NCBI GenBank assembly: GCA_027492205.1
Contig: JAOZFN010000017.1
Span: 96,001-160,000 of the forward strand
Reading direction: 5' to 3'
Source of the DNA: Thermoproteota archaeon
Lineage (GTDB): Archaea > Korarchaeota > Korarchaeia > Korarchaeales > Korarchaeaceae
DNA length: 64,000 bases
The notes under the pieces are model-generated. The model was not told where the DNA came from, searched no databases, and was given only the letters and a program-made list of their open reading frames with translations. Both the position numbers and the translations under genes were made by a program. Positions 49,264 to 58,275 of the stretch are shown here, piece by piece. Numbering within the stretch: the first letter of the stretch is position 1; each line of letters opens with the position of its first letter.

Positions 49264-49659
49264 TCAGGTTGCTTGGCCGGCGTGCCCGCGGCCGTGCTCC
49301 CCGAACCCGGGCCTGGACTCCCAGCCCTCGTCCACCACGAGGGTTCCCTCCAGGTAGGCCCTGACCACCTCCCCGACCCTCCCCATCGCGCCGGTGACCA
49401 CCCGAATCCCCATCTGGGAGAAGAACCGCCGAGCCCTGACCCCCACCCCGTAGGCGAGCACCACGTCGACCCCGAGGCCCCGGAGGAAGCTCGGAATGTC
49501 CCCGGGCCCGTGCTGCTGGAAGGGCGTCTGTACCACCCTCACTGAACGTATCTCGCGCCCGTCCACGTCCACGATGGTGTAGAACCTGGCTCGACCGAAG
49601 TGCGGGCTGACGGTGGACTCGAGGCCCCCGTCGTCCTCGCTGGGTACGGCGATCCTCAT
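49264..49659 (-). CDS. NifB/NifX family (MTH1175-like) protein
   Basis: MRIAVP, VSPHFGRA..YTIVD, GVDVVL..GVG.RA; ATG 49659. Confidence 0.88.
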   Translation of the reverse strand: MRIAVPSEDDGGLESTVSPHFGRARFYTIVDVDGREIRSVRVVQTPFQQHGPGDIPSFLRGLGVDVVLAYGVGVRARRFFSQMGIRVVTGAMGRVGEVVRAYLEGTLVVDEGWESRPGFGEHGRGHAGQAT

Positions 49660-49766
49660 GGGGGGTCCCGAGAGAGGGCTGGCCGGGGGGTCCTTATTTA
49701 ACGTGAACGGGCCCCAGCGGCAAGGGTAAAATAGAAAGAATCGCGAGGGGCGGTCTAGGTGATACC

Positions 49767-50992
49767 GTGCGTTACCGGAATACCTGAAGCCCCAGAGGGG
49801 GCTGGAGTCTGTTTCTAGGGTCGTCCTCGCGTACTCGGGCGGGCTGGACACCACGGTGGCCGTCAAGTGGTTCTCCGAGGCTGGAGTGGAGGTCGTCACC
49901 CTAACCGTGGACGTGGGGCAGGGCGCGGACGAGGCCGAGCTCAGGGAGAGGGCGGTGGCGGCTGGGGCATCCAGGCACGTCCACGTGGACGCCAGGAGGG
50001 AGTTCGTGGAGAGGTTCGTCTGGCCGGCCGTGAGGGCCAACGCCCTCTACGAGGGGAAGTATCCCCTGTCCAGCGCCCTCTCGAGGCCGCTCATCGTGGA
50101 GAAGCTCGTGGAGGTGGCTAGGGAGGTCGGGGCCGACGCGGTGGCCCACGGGTGCACGTCCAAGGGGAACGACCAGGTCAGGTTCGACCTCACGGCGGCG
50201 GCCCTCGCGCCCGAGCTGAAGGTCCTGGCGCCGGTCAGGGTCTGGAGCTGGACCAGGGAGGAGGAGGTGCGGTACGCCGAGGAGAGGGGTATCCCGGTTC
50301 CGAGGGCCCACCGCAGGTACTCGATAGACCAGAACCTCTGGGGCAGGAGCGTCGAGGGGTCCGAGCTGGAGGATCCCTGGACCGGGCCGAGCCCTGAGGC
50401 CTTCGAGTGGACGGTGGATCCGGAGAGGGCGCCGGACGAGCCGCTTGAGATCACCCTGGGCTTTGAGGGCGGGGTGCCCACGTCGCTGAACGGGGAGGAG
50501 ATGGCCCCGGAGGACCTGGTGACCAGGCTGAACGAGCTGGCCGGGGCTCACGGGGTGGGGAGGATCGACCACGTGGAGAGCAGAGTCGTGGGGTTCAAGA
50601 GCAGGGAGGTCTACGAGTGCCCGGCCGCGGTCACGATTCTGGAGGCGCACCTCGACCTGGAGAAGCTCGTCCTGACCAAGGAGGAGCTCAGGTTCAAGTC
50701 CCTCGCCGACGGGGAGTGGACGAGGCTGGTATACGAGGGGCTCTGGGCGTCTCCCCTCAGGGAGAGCCTCGAGGAGTTCATAGCGAGCCTGGACGGGCCG
50801 GTCTCGGGGGAGGTCAGGCTCAGGCTGTACAAGGGGTCAGTCGCGGTGGTGGGGAGGAGGGCCGAGCGCCAGTCCTACAGCCTAGAGGTGGCGAGCTACG
50901 ATGAGGGCTGGTACCCGACGGACGAGCAGGCCAGGGGGTTCATATCCGCCTGGGGGCTGCCGACCTGGCTGGCGAGGGGGGCGAGGGGCTAG
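49767..50992 (+). CDS. argG: Argininosuccinate synthase (5' end lacks an in-frame canonical start)
   Basis: VVLAYSGGLDT, YPLSSALSRP, HGCTSKGNDQVRF, YSIDQNLWGRS, KSREVYE. Confidence 0.93.
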
Positions 50993-52408
50993 TTGTACAG
51001 GCCCGCGCTGGGGGAGAGGCCGGGGTGGATCGCCGAGTACACCTCCTCGCTGAGGACGGTGGACCCGCTAATATTCGAGGAGGTGGTTCTCGTGGCGTCG
51101 GCCCACCTGATCCACCTGACCGAGCTGGGCCTGATCCCGCGGTCGGCGGCCTCCTCCTGCGCCTCCGCCCTCCTCAAATCGCTGAACGCGAGGGAGGAGA
51201 TCCTGTCAGGCGAGTACGACGACGTTCACGAGTCTCTGGAGGCCTGGATTGTCGGGGAGATTGGGGAGGAGGCGGCAGGCTGGATCGGGTTCGGGAAGAG
51301 CAGGAACGACCAGGTGGCGGCGGCCATCAGGCTTGCCGTGAGGTCTAGGGTGCTCCGGGCGCTGAGGCAGGCGGCGCGGCTTAGGGAGGTCCTCTCGTCG
51401 ATGGGGGAGAGGTTCGCCGACTGGCCGATGCCGGCCTTCACCCACCTGAGGCACGCCCAGCCGACTACGCTCGGGCACTACGCACTGGCGGTTGAGGAGT
51501 CGGTGTCCCACCACTGGCGCTCCATGGCCCGTGCCCTGGGGGAGGTCGACGCGTCCCCGATGGGCGCGTGCGCCGCGTCGGGGCCCTCCCTGCCGGTAGA
51601 CAGGAGGAGGGTGGCCGACCTGCTGGGCTTCAGAGGGGTGGTCGGGAACACCCTCTACGCCTCCGGGTCCAGGGACTTCCTCCTCACCTCCGCATCTCCG
51701 GCCGCGTGGCTCCTGGTCTCGCTGAGCAGGGTGGCGGAGGACCTGATAGTGTGGTCGACGCCGAACTTCGGGTACCTGAGGGTACCCCCCGAGCACTCCG
51801 CCTCCAGCAGCGTCATGCCCCAGAAGGTCAACCCGGTCACCCTGGAGGTGGTGAGGGCGAGGGCCGGGGAGGCCATTGGAAGGCTCCTGGCGATGGCGGC
51901 CGTGATGAAGGGCCTCCCCAGCGGCTACAACTTGGACCTACAGGAGCTGACCCTCCACTCCCTCTGGATCATGGACGAGGCGGCGAGGGCGTCGGCCGTC
52001 ATGGCGGACCTCCTCGCCCGGGCTGAGTGGGACAGGGAGGCCCTGAGGAGGGACGCGGCGGGACCGGGCGGAGAGGGCCTCGCCCAGGACCTGGCGGAGC
52101 AGGCGGCGCTGAGGGGGGTCCCGTTCAGGGAGGCCCACCGGTCCGTGGCCCTGGGGCTGTCCGCCGGGAGGGGGGTCGGGGAGGTGGCGGCTGACCTGGG
52201 GCTCCCGCCGCCAGACCTTGAGGGGGCTCTGCGGGCCAGGACGGTGGAGGGAGGCCCCAACCCCAGGGAGGTCTTGAGGGCGGCCAGGGCGGCGGAGGAG
52301 AGGTTGAAGAAAGACGAAAGGTGGCTCAGGGCCGAGGAGGAGAGGGTCAGGTCCGCCAGGGAGAGGGTCCTCTCCCTGCTGAGGGGGCTGGCCTCGGGAC
52401 GGGGGTGA
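50993..52408 (+). CDS. argH: Argininosuccinate lyase
   Basis: DVHE, GKSRNDQV, MPAFTHL.HAQP, SSSVMPQKVNP, PFREAH. Confidence 0.93.
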   Translation: MYRPALGERPGWIAEYTSSLRTVDPLIFEEVVLVASAHLIHLTELGLIPRSAASSCASALLKSLNAREEILSGEYDDVHESLEAWIVGEIGEEAAGWIGFGKSRNDQVAAAIRLAVRSRVLRALRQAARLREVLSSMGERFADWPMPAFTHLRHAQPTTLGHYALAVEESVSHHWRSMARALGEVDASPMGACAASGPSLPVDRRRVADLLGFRGVVGNTLYASGSRDFLLTSASPAAWLLVSLSRVAEDLIVWSTPNFGYLRVPPEHSASSSVMPQKVNPVTLEVVRARAGEAIGRLLAMAAVMKGLPSGYNLDLQELTLHSLWIMDEAARASAVMADLLARAEWDREALRRDAAGPGGEGLAQDLAEQAALRGVPFREAHRSVALGLSAGRGVGEVAADLGLPPPDLEGALRARTVEGGPNPREVLRAARAAEERLKKDERWLRAEEERVRSARERVLSLLRGLASGRG

Positions 52409-52417
52409 GGCGGGGCC

Positions 52418-53566
52418 TCAGGTGGCCTCGGGGTACTCCCTTATCAGGCGGACTGTCTCGAGCAGCCCGCTGTAGGGACACTGGACCACCCTGCGGTAGT
52501 AGGGGCAGGCGGCGCAGGAGGGCGAGTTGCCCCAGCAGTCCACCTCGTTTGATGCGGCGAAGTCGCACGAGTCCTCGAACTGGCAGTCGTTGCAGGAAGG
52601 GTACTGGGCGAGCCTGACGAGGGCCCTGAACCTTACGTACTCCGGAGACTCCCATATCTCCCTCAGGGTCCGCTCCCGCAGGTTCCCGAAGGATATCCTC
52701 CTGATCAGCTTCTCCCGGCCGTCGATCCAGGCGTAGTAGTCGTGAAGGGCGAAGAGGCAGGGGACAACGTCTCCGTCCCAGGAGACGACCAGCATCCTGT
52801 TGTTGATGAAGGGACAGCTCCGCTCGGTCTTGTAGGCGAACTCCGGCTCGACCAGCCTGAGGTTGGTGAGGATCGCCCTCATCCTCGCCCTGTGCATGAC
52901 CTCTGGGAGGTCCTCCGGCGCCTCCCCGAAGTAGATGGCCTCTCCGGCCATCTCCTCCGTCGTGGGTATGAGGTTGGAGAGCAGGAGCCCGTTGGCGCCC
53001 AGCCTGGAGGCGCGCTCCACGTGGGAGGGGAGGTCCCGGAAGTTGGACCTCATCACTATGGTGGAGACCCATATGGCCGGCTTCCCCCCGCGGCCGGCCA
53101 CCCTCCTCAGGGCGTCGAGCCTGACCATCCCCTCCTCCACGGCCTGGAGCCTGGATCCCCTCCTGAGGACCTCGTAGAGGTCCCGCTGAAAGCTGTCCAC
53201 GCTCAGGACCACCCAGTCGACCCCGGCTTCCACGATCTTCTCGGCGTACCTCCCCAGCAGGAGGCCGTTGCTCACTATGCCTATTCTGAACCTGCCCTCC
53301 AAGAGGTCCAGGGCCTCCTCGAAGTTTGGGTGGAAGAGTGGCTCGCCCCACCCGCTGAGCCAGACGGTCTCGACCCCCAGCTCCTCCAGCTCGTCAACCA
53401 GCCTTCGGAATAGGCCCATGTCCATGTCTTCGAAGGGGCCCGGCCAGCTCTGCCTGTAGCAGAATGCGCAGTTCAGGTTGCACCTGGCCGTCAGCTCGAC
53501 GTGGACCTCCCTCGGGAACTCCTCATCGGGGATGTAGGTTCCTCCCAGCAGCCTGATCGGGCGCAA
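52418..53566 (-). CDS. Radical SAM/SPASM protein, tungsten-cofactor oxidoreductase maturase type
   Basis: CNLNCAFC, GWGEP, CPF, PCLF, Cys-rich tail YPSCNDC...C...DCWGNSPSCAACPY. Confidence 0.8.
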   Translation of the reverse strand: MRPIRLLGGTYIPDEEFPREVHVELTARCNLNCAFCYRQSWPGPFEDMDMGLFRRLVDELEELGVETVWLSGWGEPLFHPNFEEALDLLEGRFRIGIVSNGLLLGRYAEKIVEAGVDWVVLSVDSFQRDLYEVLRRGSRLQAVEEGMVRLDALRRVAGRGGKPAIWVSTIVMRSNFRDLPSHVERASRLGANGLLLSNLIPTTEEMAGEAIYFGEAPEDLPEVMHRARMRAILTNLRLVEPEFAYKTERSCPFINNRMLVVSWDGDVVPCLFALHDYYAWIDGREKLIRRISFGNLRERTLREIWESPEYVRFRALVRLAQYPSCNDCQFEDSCDFAASNEVDCWGNSPSCAACPYYRRVVQCPYSGLLETVRLIREYPEAT

Positions 53567-53732
53567 CGCTCCTCGGGTCCCGGCCTTTACAACGTCGTGA
53601 TAAAGTTGGCGCCGGAGAGGGGCCGGGGGGCGGTCGGGACGCGGCGGGGTTCTTCGCCCTTGAGACTGTGGAACAACCCCCGCTCAAGGCCCTCAACCGG
53701 ATCGGCGGTCCGGACTGGGGTCCCGCCGAGGA

Positions 53733-54122
53733 TCACTCGCCAGGCTCGACCCGCCGAGGCCCGCTCCTCACCGCCTCCAAGGTGGCAAGCACGGCCTCAG
53801 CCTCTCCGACTATCTCTCGGGCCTCTTCGAGGGAGAAGACTCTAGGGGTGTGGTCCGCGGCCTTTCTGAGGCTAAACAGGCGCAGAAATGAATTTCTTAT
53901 CTCCCCCGCCCTCTCCTCCCCTAAGGTTGGCTCGAGCAACCTCTCCAGCGCGTTCGCAACCTTGTCATCCTTCCTCGTCCTCAGTCCACGGAGGAGGGAC
54001 TCTGCCGCCATCCTAACGGCAAAATAGGAGGCGGACACCGCCTTGTTCGGGCAGCCAGCCTCTAGGTCTCGTCGGGCCTCCTCAATCATCAGCCTGGACT
54101 TCTCCCAGAGGTCGGCGTCCAC
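53733..54122 (-). CDS. HEPN domain protein
   Basis: MIEEARRDL, AVSASYFAV, LRKAADH (R-x4-H-like). Confidence 0.85.
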   Translation of the reverse strand: MDADLWEKSRLMIEEARRDLEAGCPNKAVSASYFAVRMAAESLLRGLRTRKDDKVANALERLLEPTLGEERAGEIRNSFLRLFSLRKAADHTPRVFSLEEAREIVGEAEAVLATLEAVRSGPRRVEPGE

Positions 54123-54130
54123 CCCTCACC

Positions 54131-54742
54131 TCACCCGGCCCCTCCGTCCGCCCTGGCCCGGCCCCGCGCCCCCCTAAAGCGCCTCAGCTCCCTCCCGCCG
54201 GCCAGCAGGAACGCCTCCAGGGTGGCCCTGTCGTCAGCGGAGGTCACGAGGGGGCTCACCCCCTCCGGGGTCACGCCGACCACGCGCGAGTGATCCTCCA
54301 GGGTAACCGGGCCGCTCAGGACCACGAGGACGTTCGAGTCGTAGAGCCTGTCCTCCGGGTCGGGCAGGGCCACGACCGCCTCCAGCCTGGGGCCGAAGGC
54401 CCGCTCGAGGGCTGAGGCGAAGGACGCGAGCTCGGCGCCCCACCCCCTCACCTCCCTGCGGTAAAGGAGGAACGCCTCCAGGGTGGCCCTGTCGTCAGCG
54501 GAGGTCACGAGGGGGCTCACCCCCTCCGGGGTCACGCCGACCACGCGCGAGTGATCCTCCAGGGTAACCGGGCCGCTCAGGACCACGAGGACGTTCGAGT
54601 CGTAGAGCCTGTCCTCCGGGTCGGGCAGGGCCACGACCGCCTCCAGCCTGGGGCCGAAGGCCCGCTCGAGGGCTGAGGCGAAGGACGCGACCTTCTCCCT
54701 CCAAGGCCTGGGGGCCTTGTAGTTCACGGCCAGCGCGAGCAT
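54131..54742 (-). CDS. Tandem-domain minimal nucleotidyltransferase-like protein (HEPN partner)
   Basis: Two identical domains FGPRLEAVVAL...YDSNVLVVL; directly upstream of the HEPN gene. Confidence 0.7.
   Translation of the reverse strand: MLALAVNYKAPRPWREKVASFASALERAFGPRLEAVVALPDPEDRLYDSNVLVVLSGPVTLEDHSRVVGVTPEGVSPLVTSADDRATLEAFLLYRREVRGWGAELASFASALERAFGPRLEAVVALPDPEDRLYDSNVLVVLSGPVTLEDHSRVVGVTPEGVSPLVTSADDRATLEAFLLAGGRELRRFRGARGRARADGGAG
54207..54690. repeat. Perfect 223-bp direct repeat (54207-54429 and 54468-54690), period 261 bp
   Basis: Read base by base; no mismatch seen; 38-bp unique spacer. Confidence 0.95.
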
Positions 54743-54896
54743 CTCGACACCGCCAGTGAGGGGTCAAAATAAAGGGGGGCTCCGGCCTCCCCAAGCCCCA
54801 CTCAGAACAGGGGGAATAAACCCGGACCTGTCTGGCGGCGATCTTCTTCGGCGCGCCGTTTTGATTTGGTCCCTGCGAGCGGGCGATCGACCCGAC

Positions 54897-55697
54897 CTAG
54901 TCCTCTCCCCCCAAGATCAGCTCGACGCCCCTCTCCCTGGCCATCCTCCTCAGCCTCCTGGCGACATCCTTTGGGGCCTTGAGCACTATCAGAAACTTCC
55001 TGGGCCTCCTCCCAAACCTCTTGGAGGCAACCTCCGCCTTCCTCTCCAGCTTCTTCAGCTCCTCCTCCGACTTCGCGTGGGCGGTGACCTCCCCGACTAT
55101 CAGAGGGTCCTCGAAGAAGAGGTTGATCTCTTCCCCGTCCACGACCTCGGACCTGAGCTCAGCGTCCCTAGGTATGTACCCGCTGGACCTCAGCCACTCG
55201 GACAGGAACACTCGGACGAACTCCTCGAAGGAGATCCCGGCAAACTTACCCAGCTCAGCGAATCCCTTCACCATGGCGGACGTGAGGCTCGCAATCGAGG
55301 AGTCCAGCCTCCTCTCGAGGGCGCGGTGCTGCCTCTGCAGGCCCTCCACCACTTCCATCATGCGGTTGAAGTCCTCTCTCAGCCTCGACAGCTCAGCCTC
55401 GTGCCTCTCGAAGCCCTTCGCCATGTCCTCCCTGAGCCTGGCCATCTCCTGCCTGAACTCCGACATCTGTCGTGTGAGGTCCCTTATCCCCTCCCACATC
55501 TTGGTCTGCTCCCGCCTGATCTCCAGGACTCCGGTGTTGAAGTCCTGCCTTAGCCTGGCCATCTCCTGCCTGAACTCCGACATCTGAGCGTTGAAGTCCT
55601 CCCTGAGTTCAGACTGGCGCTGAGCCAGAGCGTCGAGCCTCTCCACCAGGCTCCTCAGCTCCCTCGAGAGCTCCTCCGTCAGGGACATCCGCTCCAC
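54897..55697 (-). CDS. Coiled-coil protein with C-terminal PD-(D/E)XK nuclease-like domain
   Basis: Heptad-rich N-half with repeated QMSEFRQEMARLR; GISFEEF, EINLF...IVGEVT...KLERK. Confidence 0.7.
   Translation of the reverse strand: MERMSLTEELSRELRSLVERLDALAQRQSELREDFNAQMSEFRQEMARLRQDFNTGVLEIRREQTKMWEGIRDLTRQMSEFRQEMARLREDMAKGFERHEAELSRLREDFNRMMEVVEGLQRQHRALERRLDSSIASLTSAMVKGFAELGKFAGISFEEFVRVFLSEWLRSSGYIPRDAELRSEVVDGEEINLFFEDPLIVGEVTAHAKSEEELKKLERKAEVASKRFGRRPRKFLIVLKAPKDVARRLRRMARERGVELILGGED
55435..55586. repeat. 35-bp identical direct repeat (55435-55469, 55552-55586) in the coiled-coil gene
   Basis: AGCCTGGCCATCTCCTGCCTGAACTCCGACATCTG occurs twice. Confidence 0.9.
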
Positions 55698-56047
55698 GCC
55701 TGATGGAGAGTCTTAGGGTTAAAAAGTTGGGTCCCCCCGCCGAGCGGCGCCTCGTGGATTCTCTATCGTCTCGATCCCAAATAGACCCACCCACTGGGGG
55801 CCCGACCGCCCGCGTGGGCCGATCTCCCGCCGAGAGTTGGTACGCGATCTGACTTATTCGTGTCGATTGACGGTTCCGGCCTGATCAGGGCGCGCTCGAA
55901 GAGAGGCACAAGATCCGCGCCATCCTGAGTTGGTTAGGTCAGGGCGTTCAGTGAGTTCCCTCAGGTCGAGAAGTCTCCTCGAGATGCCTCCAGCCTCCAG
56001 CCATCGGTCAAGCTCTTCTCGAGAGGGTTGCGCGCGACCCCCCACCC

Positions 56048-57220
56048 TCACTCCGAATCGCGGGCAAGTTGCCGAGGAAATGGACTGGGCCTGCCGATAG
56101 CATTAGCATCTCTGGGGGTCTGAGGGCTGGGGTCTCGAACGTGCGAGAGGGCGTCCAGAGCCCTATAAAACGCAGCGTAGGCGTCCCCTGGATCGATTAA
56201 CTCCGCAAACGCGTGTCTCAACTCCCCCAGCAGAGCGTCGACCTCAGCGCCGCTGGACCCGGTCAGCCCCTCACAGACCTTGAGGTAGAGCTGAATAGCC
56301 TCTCGAACGAGCGGGTTGGAGAGGAGCTCCGAGACGAAGCTCGAGTCTTCCCCGGCGAGCGCGCACGAGTATGTTGACAGGTACCTGAAGGAGGTGCCAG
56401 CAATCTCGGCGATCCTCTCAGCGTCGCCCCACCGCGCCGCGGTCAGGCCGAAGGAGATCCCCACGAAGTACGCGAGGCCTATCGTCAGGGCCACCATCCT
56501 GTCGTGCGTCTCTGGGTCCACCCTCACCGGAACGGCCCCGGCCTCCCTGAACAGCTCCTCCGCCGGCGCGGCCCCCTCCTCCCTGCCCGGCACCGGCACC
56601 ACGGCAACTCTCTTCCCCTCAAGCCCCTCGGCTCCCGGGCCGAACAGCGGGTGGACGCTGCAGACCATCACGTCCCTCGGGAACCTGGAGAGCGCCTCCA
56701 CGACCCTCAGCTTCAGCGTGCTGAGGTCGAAGACCAGCCTTCCCTCCGGCACGTCCTCGGCTATCTCCTCCAGGACCTTGGGCGTCTTGCCCAGGGGAGT
56801 GGCCACGATCACCACGTCGCTCCACTCCAGCAGCTCCGCCAGCGAGTCCACCCTGAAGCAGCCTGGCGGCGGGGGGCCTGCCCTCACGTCGTAGACCGCC
56901 ACCTTCCTTATGCTGGAGAGCCTCTCGGCCATCCAGCGGCCCATCCTCCCCAGGCCCCCGACGACTCCAATCCTCCCCCTCTGGGAGAGCACTGAGTCCC
57001 TCAGTATGGCCTCGAACACCCTCCCGTGCTCCCCGGCCCTCTCGATCACGTACCTCTCCCTCTCGGGGTCTCTCACGCTCAGCCCCAGCCTCCTCTTGAT
57101 CCTCCCGATCTCCCTGACCATCCTGGTCCTCTCGTCCAGGAGCCTGAGGATCTCTCGGTCGATCCCGTCTATCCTCCCCCTGAGCTCAGAGATCTCCCCC
57201 ACTCCACCCAACTCAACCAC
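56048..57220 (-). CDS. tyrA: Chorismate mutase / prephenate dehydrogenase fusion
   Basis: AroQ motif LRGRIDGIDREIL..L.ER..RDPERE; GGLGRMG, SVHPLFGP, HDRMVA. Confidence 0.88.
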   Translation of the reverse strand: MVELGGVGEISELRGRIDGIDREILRLLDERTRMVREIGRIKRRLGLSVRDPERERYVIERAGEHGRVFEAILRDSVLSQRGRIGVVGGLGRMGRWMAERLSSIRKVAVYDVRAGPPPPGCFRVDSLAELLEWSDVVIVATPLGKTPKVLEEIAEDVPEGRLVFDLSTLKLRVVEALSRFPRDVMVCSVHPLFGPGAEGLEGKRVAVVPVPGREEGAAPAEELFREAGAVPVRVDPETHDRMVALTIGLAYFVGISFGLTAARWGDAERIAEIAGTSFRYLSTYSCALAGEDSSFVSELLSNPLVREAIQLYLKVCEGLTGSSGAEVDALLGELRHAFAELIDPGDAYAAFYRALDALSHVRDPSPQTPRDANAIGRPSPFPRQLARDSE

Positions 57221-58275
57221 CTCAGCGCGTGGTCCGCCAGGGCGACCGCCAGCGCGGCCTCCACGGCGGGGACGGCCCTCACGGCCACGCAGGGGTCGTG
57301 CCTCCCGGCCACCCTGAGCTCCACCTCCCTCATCTCCTCGAGGTCGACGCTCCTCTGGGGCGTCGGAATGGAGGGGGTCGGCTTGAAGGCGACCCTCAGC
57401 CTCAGGGGCATGCCGTTGCTTATCCCCCCCTCAACCCCGCCGGCGTTGTTGCTGAGCCTGGTCAGCGTCCCGTCGGGTGAGACGGCGAACTGGTCGTTCG
57501 CCTCGCTGCCCCTCATTGGCGCCAGCCTGAAGCCGGCCCCGAACTCCACCCCCTTCGCGGCGGGTATCGCCAAGATCAGCCTGGCGACCTCTCCCTCCAG
57601 CCCCTCCAGAAGGGGCTCCCCGAGCCCGACCGGCACTCCGGTGGCGACCGCCTCGACGATCCCTCCAACGCTGTCCCCCTCGGATCTGGCCCTCAGGATC
57701 TCCTCCTCCATCAGTCGAGCTGCGCCGGGGTCCGCGCACCACAGCCCGCTCGAGGCCGCCCTCACGATCTCGTCGGGCTCCACCTCCCTGTCGAGGCGGA
57801 CCCCCCCGACCTGAACCAGGTGCGCCGCGACGGAGACTCCCAGCACCCTTAGCACCATCTTCGCCAGCGAGCCCGCCATCACCAGGCCCGCGGTCATCCT
57901 CCCGGAGAGGTGCCCTCCCCCCCTGGGGTCTCCGAATCCCATGTACTTGACCCTGGCCGTGTAGTCTGCGTGACCGGGCCTCGGCACCCTGTCAACTGAA
58001 TCGTAGGGAGTCGAGTCCACGTCCACGTTCCACACCACCATGACGACGGGCCCGCCTGTCGTCCTGCCCCTGTAGACGCCTGAGAGGACCTCGAACTCGT
58101 CCGGCTCAGACCTTTGGCTCACCAGGGGGGCAGATCCAGGCCGCCTCCTATCCAGATCCGCTCTGACGAGTCCCTCGTCGAACGGGACCCCCGGAGGGCA
58201 CCCCTCGACCAGCGCCCCGACGCATCTGCCGTGGCTCTCCCCGAAGAGCGACAGCCGGAAGGCCCTGCCTATCAC
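57169..58275 (-). CDS. aroC: Chorismate synthase
   Basis: FGESHG, RRRPG, RPGHAD, NNAGG.EGGISNG, FKPTPS, GRHDPC. Confidence 0.96.
   Translation of the reverse strand: MIGRAFRLSLFGESHGRCVGALVEGCPPGVPFDEGLVRADLDRRRPGSAPLVSQRSEPDEFEVLSGVYRGRTTGGPVVMVVWNVDVDSTPYDSVDRVPRPGHADYTARVKYMGFGDPRGGGHLSGRMTAGLVMAGSLAKMVLRVLGVSVAAHLVQVGGVRLDREVEPDEIVRAASSGLWCADPGAARLMEEEILRARSEGDSVGGIVEAVATGVPVGLGEPLLEGLEGEVARLILAIPAAKGVEFGAGFRLAPMRGSEANDQFAVSPDGTLTRLSNNAGGVEGGISNGMPLRLRVAFKPTPSIPTPQRSVDLEEMREVELRVAGRHDPCVAVRAVPAVEAALAVALADHALRWLSWVEWGRSLSSGGG

Noticed and set aside
57169-57225. aroC C-terminal extension overlapping tyrA by 52 nt as a possible frameshift
   Set aside because: All conserved AroC motifs are complete before the overlap, and overlaps are common in this operon.
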